Source: a virus (Duplodnaviria; Caudoviricetes). Taken from it: 64,000 nucleotides of DNA. The position numbers and the translations under genes were made by a program. The notes beneath the pieces are model-generated. The model was not told the DNA's origin. It searched no databases and saw only the letters and a list, made by a program, of their open reading frames with translations. Where the stretch lies: the IMG/VR virus record IMGVR_UViG_3300036713_000599; one strand, written 5' to 3'. Shown in pieces: positions 8,609 to 16,783 of the stretch; the stretch's first letter is position 1; every line of letters starts with the position of its first letter.

Positions 8609-9412
8609 ATGTCTAGTCCTTTCTACTATGAGGGGCTGCGCGTTCTCGGGGAGTCTGGGCTCCCTGAAGGTCCTCCCGCTCAGAAGGGGGTGGCTATCGA
8701 CCCTGGTATTCCTGGGACGAAGACATATGTCAAGCCACTAGACGACTCGACTTCGCAGCCGAAAGAGGGTGAGCCGTCTGGGAGGGATCTCGTTGACATC
8801 CTCAGGGAAAAGGGTCGTACTGACGAGAATAGTCCTTATTACGACACGAGTTATATGGGGCTTGGTCCTTCGGACAACTCTAAAACAAAGTACCCTTACC
8901 GAGACGGTATACCGAACAGACATAATGCGTCGGCTCGGTTCGCAGTACACCTCTGGTTGTTGTCAAAAACATCTTCAAGGTACTTTAGGTCATCTGAGGT
9001 TGTTAGGGTCGCTGCAACCCAAGAAGAAGTTTTGTCGAACCTCTCTGGGAAAGTGACACAGAAAGCGTCCGCTTGCACTGCAACCCTGAAACGGGCGGAC
9101 ACTAAGAATCTTCGGTGGACCTTTAGCGTGGATTGCGGTAATGGGCCGAAGGCTGTGAAGGTTAAGGCTATTCGCCCAAGAAAGAATGTTACAGCATTTG
9201 GCAAGCTTGAACTTCAGTTGGCATGTTCTTGCCCTGCCTGGCAGTGGCTTGGTCCAGAATACCACGCTAAGGGTCAGAAATATCTCTTGGGTAAGCCCCG
9301 CGGCACTGCGACGACCCCAGATGTCCGTGACCCGGACAGGGTGAACAAGGTATGTAAACACGTTGCTGCAGCCCTTCTTGTCACGAAGGGATGGAAGATA
9401 CCAAAAAAATGA
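8609..9412 (+). CDS. SWIM-type zinc finger protein
   Basis: LACSCPAWQW...NKVCKHVAAAL fits the SWIM CxC-xn-CxH pattern. The track start at 8558 overlaps the upstream gene, so ATG 8609 (or GTG 8594) is preferred. Confidence 0.7.
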   Translation: MSSPFYYEGLRVLGESGLPEGPPAQKGVAIDPGIPGTKTYVKPLDDSTSQPKEGEPSGRDLVDILREKGRTDENSPYYDTSYMGLGPSDNSKTKYPYRDGIPNRHNASARFAVHLWLLSKTSSRYFRSSEVVRVAATQEEVLSNLSGKVTQKASACTATLKRADTKNLRWTFSVDCGNGPKAVKVKAIRPRKNVTAFGKLELQLACSCPAWQWLGPEYHAKGQKYLLGKPRGTATTPDVRDPDRVNKVCKHVAAALLVTKGWKIPKK

Positions 9413-9424
9413 AATGGAGATGAA

Positions 9425-9835
9425 ATGCCAGTTTACACGTTTGAGTGCCCTGATGGGACAAGGTTCACACATCGATTGTCTATCGCTGAGTTTAAGGCTA
9501 TTCGCGACGGTGAGGCGGTGTTGTTAGACGAGGACGACAACGATTTGAGGCTTGTGTTCGATCCAGGTAAGATTAGTTTTACTCTCAAGGACGGGGAGTC
9601 AGGTGGCTGGCCTTCTCGAACAAGTAAAGAAAGAGCGTACCGTCGACAGAGGTACGAGGAGATGGGCCAACGGCAGCGAGATCACGCACCTAGGACACGG
9701 CTTGTTCCTAACCACAAGGGCAATATTGCCGATAAGTGGGCTGACGTACAAGACTATGTGCGGACAACCAAGGGGGAAGCTGCTTCCATTTCTTATGATC
9801 GTCTTGTGGCTAAGGAACGGCAGGGAGACACCTGA
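9425..9835 (+). CDS. FmdB-like zinc-ribbon small protein
   Basis: N-terminus MPVYTFECPDG matches the FmdB-family MPxYxYxC start; only part of the Cys set is present. GGAG RBS. Confidence 0.55.
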   Translation: MPVYTFECPDGTRFTHRLSIAEFKAIRDGEAVLLDEDDNDLRLVFDPGKISFTLKDGESGGWPSRTSKERAYRRQRYEEMGQRQRDHAPRTRLVPNHKGNIADKWADVQDYVRTTKGEAASISYDRLVAKERQGDT

Positions 9836-10512
9836 TGGCAACGAATATTCGGGAGTTCACGGTTCTTCAACGCCGTGCCAACATGATCGATATAGCCACG
9901 CCTAAGAGAGTGGGTGTGCAGGGGTATCGACTTAAGGCGGCCTTGAATTTTGATCTAGCCTTCCAGACACTCCTTACGGCAGACATCAGTAGCGGTTACC
10001 TGGATAACACTGCTCTACGTAATGGAAATATTCGGAGGGAGTACCTTTCGTTGTCCTCTGGAAGTCGTGTCCGTATTGTCTTTGACCCCGCCACCTTCTC
10101 TGGTGCCCCGCACAATCTAGCCGACGAGAACCATATATGGCTACAGTTCTTTCCTGTAGATTTTTCTGGTGCTGAAGGGGCGGGTGGTGCTAGGACACTC
10201 ATTCTGCCTCCTGATGAAATGATGTCCGATGGTCGGGTTATCATTTCAGGCGACGCTCCTACAGGTGCGTCCGTGGTAAACTCCCGTCGTCTAGATATGC
10301 CGCTTCGGATGGGTGACGTCTATGTGCGGAACAATGAGGCGTCTGGTGGAACTGACCTGTACATTGCGACGGCAGAAGGGGGGCCAGAACGCCCCGTTGC
10401 CCCACAGGAGGAGGCGCGTTTTACGGAGGGTGCCACAGGCACCCTCTTAGTTAGAGGTGGCGGTGGTACGGCCAACTTTACGGCGACCATGACCCATTAT
10501 CTGCCCCTGTAG
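9835..10512 (+). CDS. Hypothetical virion structural protein
   Basis: 225 aa, beta-rich, TGATG overlap with the upstream gene. Confidence 0.6.
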   Translation: MATNIREFTVLQRRANMIDIATPKRVGVQGYRLKAALNFDLAFQTLLTADISSGYLDNTALRNGNIRREYLSLSSGSRVRIVFDPATFSGAPHNLADENHIWLQFFPVDFSGAEGAGGARTLILPPDEMMSDGRVIISGDAPTGASVVNSRRLDMPLRMGDVYVRNNEASGGTDLYIATAEGGPERPVAPQEEARFTEGATGTLLVRGGGGTANFTATMTHYLPL

Positions 10513-10529
10513 GGCTTAGGGGGCGTGGT

Positions 10530-10856
10530 GTGTACCTTGTTAATTATCTATCCCTTCAGGCCGCAGACCAACGCTACATAGCAGCGTCTCGGTTCCGAAC
10601 GGGTCAGCAATTAATCGGTCCCAAGGACGGTGTGAATGTTATATTTACAGTGCCCGTTGGGGATAAATTTACACACAATCTCCCGTTCCTTTCCATCCAG
10701 GTGTATTTCAACGGCATGCGACTAACCCTCTTGGACGACTATATGGTCACAGAGAGTGGTGGTTTGGGAACTGGGTACGACACTGTTGTACTAGAGGTAG
10801 CTCCCCTTCCATGGGACCACCTTCTTTCTGATTATGTGGCGGTTGGTTCGCCGTAG
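10530..10856 (+). CDS. Small structural protein (fibre-associated beta domain)
   Basis: IGPKDGVNVIFT...QVYFNGMRL...DDYMVTES resembles small domains in phage fibre proteins (VYxNGxRL...DY pattern); a similar motif ends the next gene. Confidence 0.55.
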   Translation: MYLVNYLSLQAADQRYIAASRFRTGQQLIGPKDGVNVIFTVPVGDKFTHNLPFLSIQVYFNGMRLTLLDDYMVTESGGLGTGYDTVVLEVAPLPWDHLLSDYVAVGSP

Positions 10857-10901
10857 TCTTCTTATGTTTCCTCTTTTGGTGAGCCTTGGAAGGAGAAAAT
10901 T

Positions 10902-12842
10902 ATGGCTAGAACATGGATCAGGCAGGACGTTCAGATTGGTAGCACGACGGATACTGTGGCGGGGTACGCGGACACCACCGCTCCGTCCCTGGCGAATTAT
11001 CAGACGAATGCTTCGACTATTACGGACGACCTTAACAATCTTCGTTCACAGGTACACAACCTGTTGAAAGTCCAGTCGGGTAGTTGGTACGACGACATCA
11101 GTACTCCGTCCACCTTTGAGAATGGTGCCAAAAGAGGCGTCGATGGCATTAACCAGGATCTCCATGATTATGAGCGTAAACGTGTTCTTCGCGAAGTATC
11201 TCTCCTGACTGACGTCGCCACGACAGCTGCTGCGAGCGCAACCGGGACCTTGACATTGACCGGTAATGCAGCCGACACTGAGACGGTCACGATCGGCACC
11301 AAGGTGTATACCTTCCAGACGGTTTTAACTGACGTTGACGGGAATGTCTTGATTGGAGCGACTGCAAGTGACTCTCTCGATAACTTAATCGCAGCCATCA
11401 ACCTCGATGCGGGTGCTGGGACTTTGTACGCCACTTCGATGACGGTCAATACCGACGTCACGGCGGCGGCTGGTGCAGGCGACACGATGGACGTTACTGC
11501 GAAGAAGGCCGGTGAGACGCAGAACACGGTTGCTACGACAGACACTGTCACCAATGGTTCCTGGGGTGGGGCAACTCTCTCTGGCGGTGCGGGCCTCGTC
11601 CACATTCTTGGAGGTGGCGAGCTTCCGACACAGACGACTGTTGCTATTGGTACTGTCACGACTCTTGGCACGGTTGCTCAAACAGCATCAAGTTTCGGCA
11701 CCCCTTCCGCGACTGACGCCGTTTCTGGTGCGACAGCTGTCAACCCTGCCAACCTTTTTGAAATTGTCGACGGTTCAACTCGTGATCCGATCCTCGACAC
11801 ATCGGGTCGTCGTATCTGGGCCATGTTCCAGTGTGAGTCTTCGACTGATGGTAGCACCATGACCGGTACTACTCCGAACCGTGCCCAGCTCTCGTTCGTA
11901 GTTCTTAACTCTACCGGCGACGGACTAGAGTTGGTTGACGATGCTTCTGACATTGGATCGAAGACGATCAATTATACTTACATTGAGCGGAAAGCTCTTG
12001 AAGATCTCAATGAGTACGACTTCCTTCGTGGTGCGGCAGTGGATATCGGGTCCGGTGCTGCGACGATTAACCGGCAGGTTGCGTACACGAACCAGGGGAC
12101 TACACCTGTCAACGTGACCACGAACGCGTTCCTTGATCTCGAATCGGCTGGTATTGAGTGGACTGTCCGTGATGACTTGGAAGCTAACCTCTTCCGGATT
12201 ATTGAGGGTTCTGCGGGCGGCACGAGCGAGATCGAGATTGGCGCCAATGTAGACCTCTACGACAACAATGCGGTAGATGTCGATTTCGCTTCTGGTGCTA
12301 CGGTCAATTCGGGCGGCACTCGTCCGATCGACATTGGTGTCACTGACGGTGTTATTGAATCCACGGCCGGCGACCTTATGATCAAGGGTTTTGCTGAACT
12401 TCTCCTTGACGACGCCAACCAAACTGGATCAACTTGGGCCCAAGACGGCATCAAACTTTCTGATACTACGGCTGAGTGGGACACTTTCGAAACGAACTTT
12501 GGTGAGGTTTCTTTGTTGAGCGCCATTAACCAGGCGTACACCGGTACAGTGAGGACGAAAATCCAGGCTACCCTTACTTCTAATGTTACGGCTGGTAACG
12601 ACGTGAATGGCCCCACGTATGCTAACAACACTGACGTTGATCTGGCCCCCTATAACAATGTGACCTTTGTCAGCGACGTAGATGTTGTCCTCAATGGTGA
12701 GCTTCTGCGCAATGCTGTCGGAGCCACTGAGGATGTGTACCCTGGCACATCTCAGTCCCAAGGTGACCTTAAGTTCACCTTTAATCTTAGGGGCGTGGGT
12801 ACCAAACCTGACCAGATTACGGTTATCGTTTACGGTCAGTAG
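10902..12842 (+). CDS. Fibre/decoration protein carrying a module shared with the tail sheath
   Basis: 646 aa, T/A/G/D-rich, AAGGAG RBS; 11241-11588 duplicates sheath 41533-41880. Confidence 0.7.
   Translation: MARTWIRQDVQIGSTTDTVAGYADTTAPSLANYQTNASTITDDLNNLRSQVHNLLKVQSGSWYDDISTPSTFENGAKRGVDGINQDLHDYERKRVLREVSLLTDVATTAAASATGTLTLTGNAADTETVTIGTKVYTFQTVLTDVDGNVLIGATASDSLDNLIAAINLDAGAGTLYATSMTVNTDVTAAAGAGDTMDVTAKKAGETQNTVATTDTVTNGSWGGATLSGGAGLVHILGGGELPTQTTVAIGTVTTLGTVAQTASSFGTPSATDAVSGATAVNPANLFEIVDGSTRDPILDTSGRRIWAMFQCESSTDGSTMTGTTPNRAQLSFVVLNSTGDGLELVDDASDIGSKTINYTYIERKALEDLNEYDFLRGAAVDIGSGAATINRQVAYTNQGTTPVNVTTNAFLDLESAGIEWTVRDDLEANLFRIIEGSAGGTSEIEIGANVDLYDNNAVDVDFASGATVNSGGTRPIDIGVTDGVIESTAGDLMIKGFAELLLDDANQTGSTWAQDGIKLSDTTAEWDTFETNFGEVSLLSAINQAYTGTVRTKIQATLTSNVTAGNDVNGPTYANNTDVDLAPYNNVTFVSDVDVVLNGELLRNAVGATEDVYPGTSQSQGDLKFTFNLRGVGTKPDQITVIVYGQ
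11241..11588 (+). repeat. Dispersed 348-bp repeat, copy A (116-codon module)
   Basis: Colinear with 41533-41880 without indels. Core 11310-11444 encodes the same 45 residues as 41602-41736, with 9 nucleotide differences by my count, all synonymous. Confidence 0.95.
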
Positions 12843-12876
12843 ATACTAGAAAAATAAATGGAGATGAGGAGGACAT

Positions 12877-13488
12877 ATGGCGAGTGGATTGGACCAATGG
12901 GTCGGTAAGCTGGAAGGCCTCAATGAGATCGGTGAGGCCCTTACCGAACAGCTTCAGGCAGCAGAAAATGAGGTCCAGCAATTCGTTGGCGGCAAACAAG
13001 CTCTCCAGGCAGCGGCTGAGAAAGTCGGTGCCTTGGGAGCTGCTGTCAGTGAAGACTTGGAACAGGGAAAATTGTCTTTTAGTAGCGAGTTGGAGGCGTC
13101 TGAATACATCAAGAAGACGATTATCAGGGCGAGAGAGATTGTGCTTAATTTGGCTGAGGGTGCCAAATCTCGTGAAATTGCGGCTTCCGGTAAGGTTTCA
13201 GCTTTGGGTGTGAGCCGTGGCCTGGTCATACGTCACTGCAAAGCGGCTAAGGTCCGTGCCGAACAACTCACTCAAGCAATTGAGGAGGCTAAGGATCTTA
13301 AAAATCGGTCGGAGGGGGACCTGCCCGAAGAACCTGCCCGAAGAACTTCTCGTGGGCCTGGAGAGCACCCGGGCCCAAGTTCCTTGGATTTGCGACGGGT
13401 CCAGGCTATTGCCGACAAGGTGGTCCCTGACAAGAAACTACCTACTAAGCGGCCAACTAAGGCGAAGAAAACACTAAAGAAATCATAG
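12877..13488 (+). CDS. Coiled-coil hypothetical protein
   Basis: GAGGAGG RBS; A/E/Q/L-rich heptad-like helices; basic C-terminal tail. Confidence 0.6.
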   Translation: MASGLDQWVGKLEGLNEIGEALTEQLQAAENEVQQFVGGKQALQAAAEKVGALGAAVSEDLEQGKLSFSSELEASEYIKKTIIRAREIVLNLAEGAKSREIAASGKVSALGVSRGLVIRHCKAAKVRAEQLTQAIEEAKDLKNRSEGDLPEEPARRTSRGPGEHPGPSSLDLRRVQAIADKVVPDKKLPTKRPTKAKKTLKKS

Positions 13489-13501
13489 GCAGGCTAGTTT
13501 T

Positions 13502-13810
13502 ATGGGTACCCGCGACGAACGTATAGAGGACCTGTTTTATGTCGATTTGACGGCAGACGGTAATCCTACGGAGGAGGGGCAGTCCAGGTTTGTCAGCGGG
13601 GATGTGCTTGCCTACCTTGGCGGTTCTGTGTGCAGTCTGACCAAGATTGTCGTTAAGGATAATGGGGTTGTACAAGGGTCTGTTAGATCAATTGATTTTG
13701 ATTCTAACTTGACTGTAAATGTTGTGGGCGACGAGGTGACTGTCTCAGCGGCGTCTGTTACGGGACTGACCCATCCTCAGGTGATGTCCCGCATTTCTAT
13801 GAGGTTCTAG
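13502..13810 (+). CDS. Small fibre-associated hypothetical protein
   Basis: 102 aa ORF tiling the gap; VVKDNGVVQGSVRSIDFDSNLTV resembles fibre-shaft segments. Confidence 0.5.
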   Translation: MGTRDERIEDLFYVDLTADGNPTEEGQSRFVSGDVLAYLGGSVCSLTKIVVKDNGVVQGSVRSIDFDSNLTVNVVGDEVTVSAASVTGLTHPQVMSRISMRF

Positions 13811-13818
13811 ACAGATTG

Positions 13819-14475
13819 ATGATCATTCTAGATTCCTCAACCAAAAAACTAGAAATCAATCTAGGGTCTGTTCCTACTTCCGAGCTACCGTGGGTGGCCA
13901 ACTGGGCAGACCACACGCTTACTACGTTCGTTGCTGCTGAGGCCGACGGGCTCACTAACGGTACGACCCCTGTGACGGTGGTGGCGGGCCCCGCCACTGG
14001 CAGCACTCAGCGCCAGGTCAAGTTCCTTTCTGTGCATAACTTGACCGCGGCTCGACAGAAGGTCACTGTTCAGGTGGACAACAGTGGGGCGAAACGCATC
14101 ATCCACGAATGCGAGCTGGCTCCTGGGGACCAATTACACTATATTGACTCAGACGGTTTCAAGGTACTCGACTCGAATGGTGCTTTGCGGACAGCATTGT
14201 CTTCTGGAAGCGCGTCCACACTGGAAACCAAGTCTGGTACTGTCCTTCCTGGTGCTTTTAGCGGGTTTCCGAAGAAGGCGACTGTGGTTTTTTCGGTTGC
14301 TTATTCTAGTGCGGCTTATGCGGTAACATTGTCGCCTTTGACTGCTGGGGTACGTACATATGCTCCTTCTGTAGAGAACAAGACGGCATCAGGGTTCGAC
14401 GTGAACCTTCATAGCTACGGCGTATCTGACCTTGTAGAAATCGATTGGCACACGATTGAGACAGGAGAAGAGTAG
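13819..14475 (+). CDS. Fibre-associated protein with C-terminal lectin-like beta-sandwich
   Basis: C-terminal ~80 aa (KSGTVLPGAFSGFPKKATVVFSVAYSSAAYAVT...IDWHTI) is paralogous to the C-terminus of 14478-16259. Confidence 0.6.
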   Translation: MIILDSSTKKLEINLGSVPTSELPWVANWADHTLTTFVAAEADGLTNGTTPVTVVAGPATGSTQRQVKFLSVHNLTAARQKVTVQVDNSGAKRIIHECELAPGDQLHYIDSDGFKVLDSNGALRTALSSGSASTLETKSGTVLPGAFSGFPKKATVVFSVAYSSAAYAVTLSPLTAGVRTYAPSVENKTASGFDVNLHSYGVSDLVEIDWHTIETGEE

Positions 14476-14477
14476 AT

Positions 14478-16259
14478 ATGGGTCTTGCCGTCGATAGTAT
14501 TATTTTTGACGAACTGGCATCCGATCCCGTGGGACCGATTGAAGGCCAGTTTTGGTACAACACCACTGAAAAACGGCTCAAGGTTTACCGGAACGGTGCA
14601 GTAGAAATCCTCATCGATAAGGACGAGTTCGATGCTCACGTGAACTCGACCTCGAATCCGCATGCTGTGACATTGGAGCAAGCACGGTCAGAAAATAATG
14701 TCCTTGCTGGCGACATCGACATGAACAATGCGGGTACAATTGCCAATCTTCCGGATCCGACGGCAGATGGCGATGCCGCCACGCTTTCGTGGACCAATGA
14801 ACGAATCCGTCAGCGACTTGCTGGGTTGGACTGGCAAGAGAGCGTGCTCGACAAGGATTTGAGCACGCCTCCAGGTTCTCCGAGCACAGGTGATCGTTAT
14901 ATTGTCGGCAAACAGAGCTACGCCATTATTGGAGCCAACACCTCGACCGAAACTTTTACCATTTCTGGGGACCACAGCACAGAACTGTCCGCCGCTGAGG
15001 TATTCGAGGTTCTTAGTTCGACTGGTAATGACGCTACTTGGACAGTCCAGTCCATCGCTTTCAACTCTCCGAATACGGACATTGTGGTGACGGGCGACAT
15101 CGTAGATGCGACCGCGGACGGTGATGTCGAATTCGCTGAAGATGCGTGGAACGGTAGTGTGGGCAGCATTGCCCAGTGGAACGGCACCTCTTGGGAATAT
15201 GCTGTCCCTAACGAGGGTTTTGCTACCACGGTTGAGGACGAGGATACGTTATATCTGTACGATGGCACGGCCTGGGCACCGTTTGGGAATGCTATTCATC
15301 ACAGTAACCTCACAGGGTTAGGATTAGACGACCATACCCAGTATCTGCTTGTTAGCGGTACTCGACCTATGTTGGGTAGCCTTCAGATGGGCGGTAACTC
15401 CATCACCAATGTCAACTTGGTTGACGGAGTGGACGTCTCTAACCATTCTGTTCGACACGACCCAGGTGGACTAGACGCATTGACCACGGCAACAGCATCT
15501 GGGATTAATGCCAGTTCGGTCAATGCTGAAGGTTCTGACGCGAGCTTTGCTCGTTCAGATCACAGCCACGATATAGATACAACTAATGGGGCTATTTCCA
15601 CCATTAATGCGGGGGACACTTCGTCTGAGGGTGTAGGCACAGGCCTTGCTCGCCGTGACCATGAGCACGCTGTAGCCACGGACACTGCTGTTGAACTTAC
15701 TGACTCGACCAATGATGGGGGTACGAGCACGAGCCTGGCTAGAGCGGACCATACTCATGCTCACGGTGACCGAGGCGGAGGCACACTCCACTCAGCTGTC
15801 AGCGCGTTGGGGGCAGGGTTCCAAGTACAGTCAAATCGGAATGCTTCTGCAGCCCCAACAGTTAATGATGACAACACGGCTGGCTATACCACGGGTTCGT
15901 ACTGGATCGATGTGGTGGCTGACCGAGCGTATATTTGTCTGGACGCTAGTACGGCGTCGGCTGTCTGGACAGAGACCACTCAGACGGGCAGTGCCGGCGG
16001 GCTACTCTACAAAGCTGGGCGTGTGTTGGCTGCGAGCTTCACGGGTAGTCCTAGGACGGCTACGGTGGTTTTTTCCACAGCTTTTGCTGATGCTAACTAT
16101 GCGGTGACTGTGACGGCTACCACAACGGGTGGTCGTAGGTATCTTCCGGTTATCCAGAATCAGTTGTCGTCTGCTTTCGATATACTGCTTGGATCTAATT
16201 CTGTAGCAGGTCTGACGCAGGTGAACTGGATTGCTGTGAAGGACGGCGAGTCTTCCTGA
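14478..16259 (+). CDS. Mosaic fibre protein (split DUF2793-like domain, His-x-His repeats)
   Basis: SVLDKDLSTPPGSPSTGDRYIV...IAQWNGTSWEY...PNEG...VEDE is the DUF2793 pattern; three ARxDHxH repeats; DPxxPxxGxxWYN fibre motif at the N-terminus. Confidence 0.7.
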   Translation: MGLAVDSIIFDELASDPVGPIEGQFWYNTTEKRLKVYRNGAVEILIDKDEFDAHVNSTSNPHAVTLEQARSENNVLAGDIDMNNAGTIANLPDPTADGDAATLSWTNERIRQRLAGLDWQESVLDKDLSTPPGSPSTGDRYIVGKQSYAIIGANTSTETFTISGDHSTELSAAEVFEVLSSTGNDATWTVQSIAFNSPNTDIVVTGDIVDATADGDVEFAEDAWNGSVGSIAQWNGTSWEYAVPNEGFATTVEDEDTLYLYDGTAWAPFGNAIHHSNLTGLGLDDHTQYLLVSGTRPMLGSLQMGGNSITNVNLVDGVDVSNHSVRHDPGGLDALTTATASGINASSVNAEGSDASFARSDHSHDIDTTNGAISTINAGDTSSEGVGTGLARRDHEHAVATDTAVELTDSTNDGGTSTSLARADHTHAHGDRGGGTLHSAVSALGAGFQVQSNRNASAAPTVNDDNTAGYTTGSYWIDVVADRAYICLDASTASAVWTETTQTGSAGGLLYKAGRVLAASFTGSPRTATVVFSTAFADANYAVTVTATTTGGRRYLPVIQNQLSSAFDILLGSNSVAGLTQVNWIAVKDGESS

Positions 16260-16270
16260 GGTGGAGCTTC

Positions 16271-16783
16271 ATGGGTTTTAAGACGGATAGCCTTGAGTTT
16301 GATGAGTTGACTTCGGACCCCACGACTCCGGTGGATGGAGAGGTGTGGTACAATTCAGCCGAAGAACGACACAAGCTGCGCATTGGTGGTTCGACTTACG
16401 GCGTCCCGACTTTTTATGAGTGGGCGGAATCTACTGGAATTTCTACACGGACGTCCAGCGTTTACGGACAGAAGCTTAGGCTAACTACTTCTGTATTGGT
16501 GGCAGGGGACTATTATGTCGGTTGGCAGTGTGAGACGGGCAACAGTGGTAATGATCGGGCTCTTGGTGTTCGGGTGCAGGTAGACGACACGACAACCTTG
16601 TTGGAAAATGTTTCTAAACATCGCGGGAGAGCCACAGAAAACCCACCTATTTTCAATGTCCTCTCGGGATTTGATGTTGTCACTCTGACAGCGGGATCCC
16701 ATGACATCGATCTTGATTGGGCGTCTTTTGCCAGCACCGCTTATATTAAAAATGCCCGGCTTGAGATCTGGAGACTACCCTGA
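16271..16783 (+). CDS. Small fibre-tip protein
   Basis: N-terminus MGFKTDSLEFDELTSDP..WYN is paralogous to MGLAVDSIIFDELASDP..WYN of 14478; the C-terminal domain resembles the repeats of 20385-21563. Confidence 0.6.
   Translation: MGFKTDSLEFDELTSDPTTPVDGEVWYNSAEERHKLRIGGSTYGVPTFYEWAESTGISTRTSSVYGQKLRLTTSVLVAGDYYVGWQCETGNSGNDRALGVRVQVDDTTTLLENVSKHRGRATENPPIFNVLSGFDVVTLTAGSHDIDLDWASFASTAYIKNARLEIWRLP

Noticed and set aside
11310-11444. Near-identical repeat pair as a diversity-generating retroelement template/variable repeat
   Set aside because: Mismatches are synonymous and not adenine-specific, neither copy is at a gene 3' end, and no reverse transcriptase is in the window.
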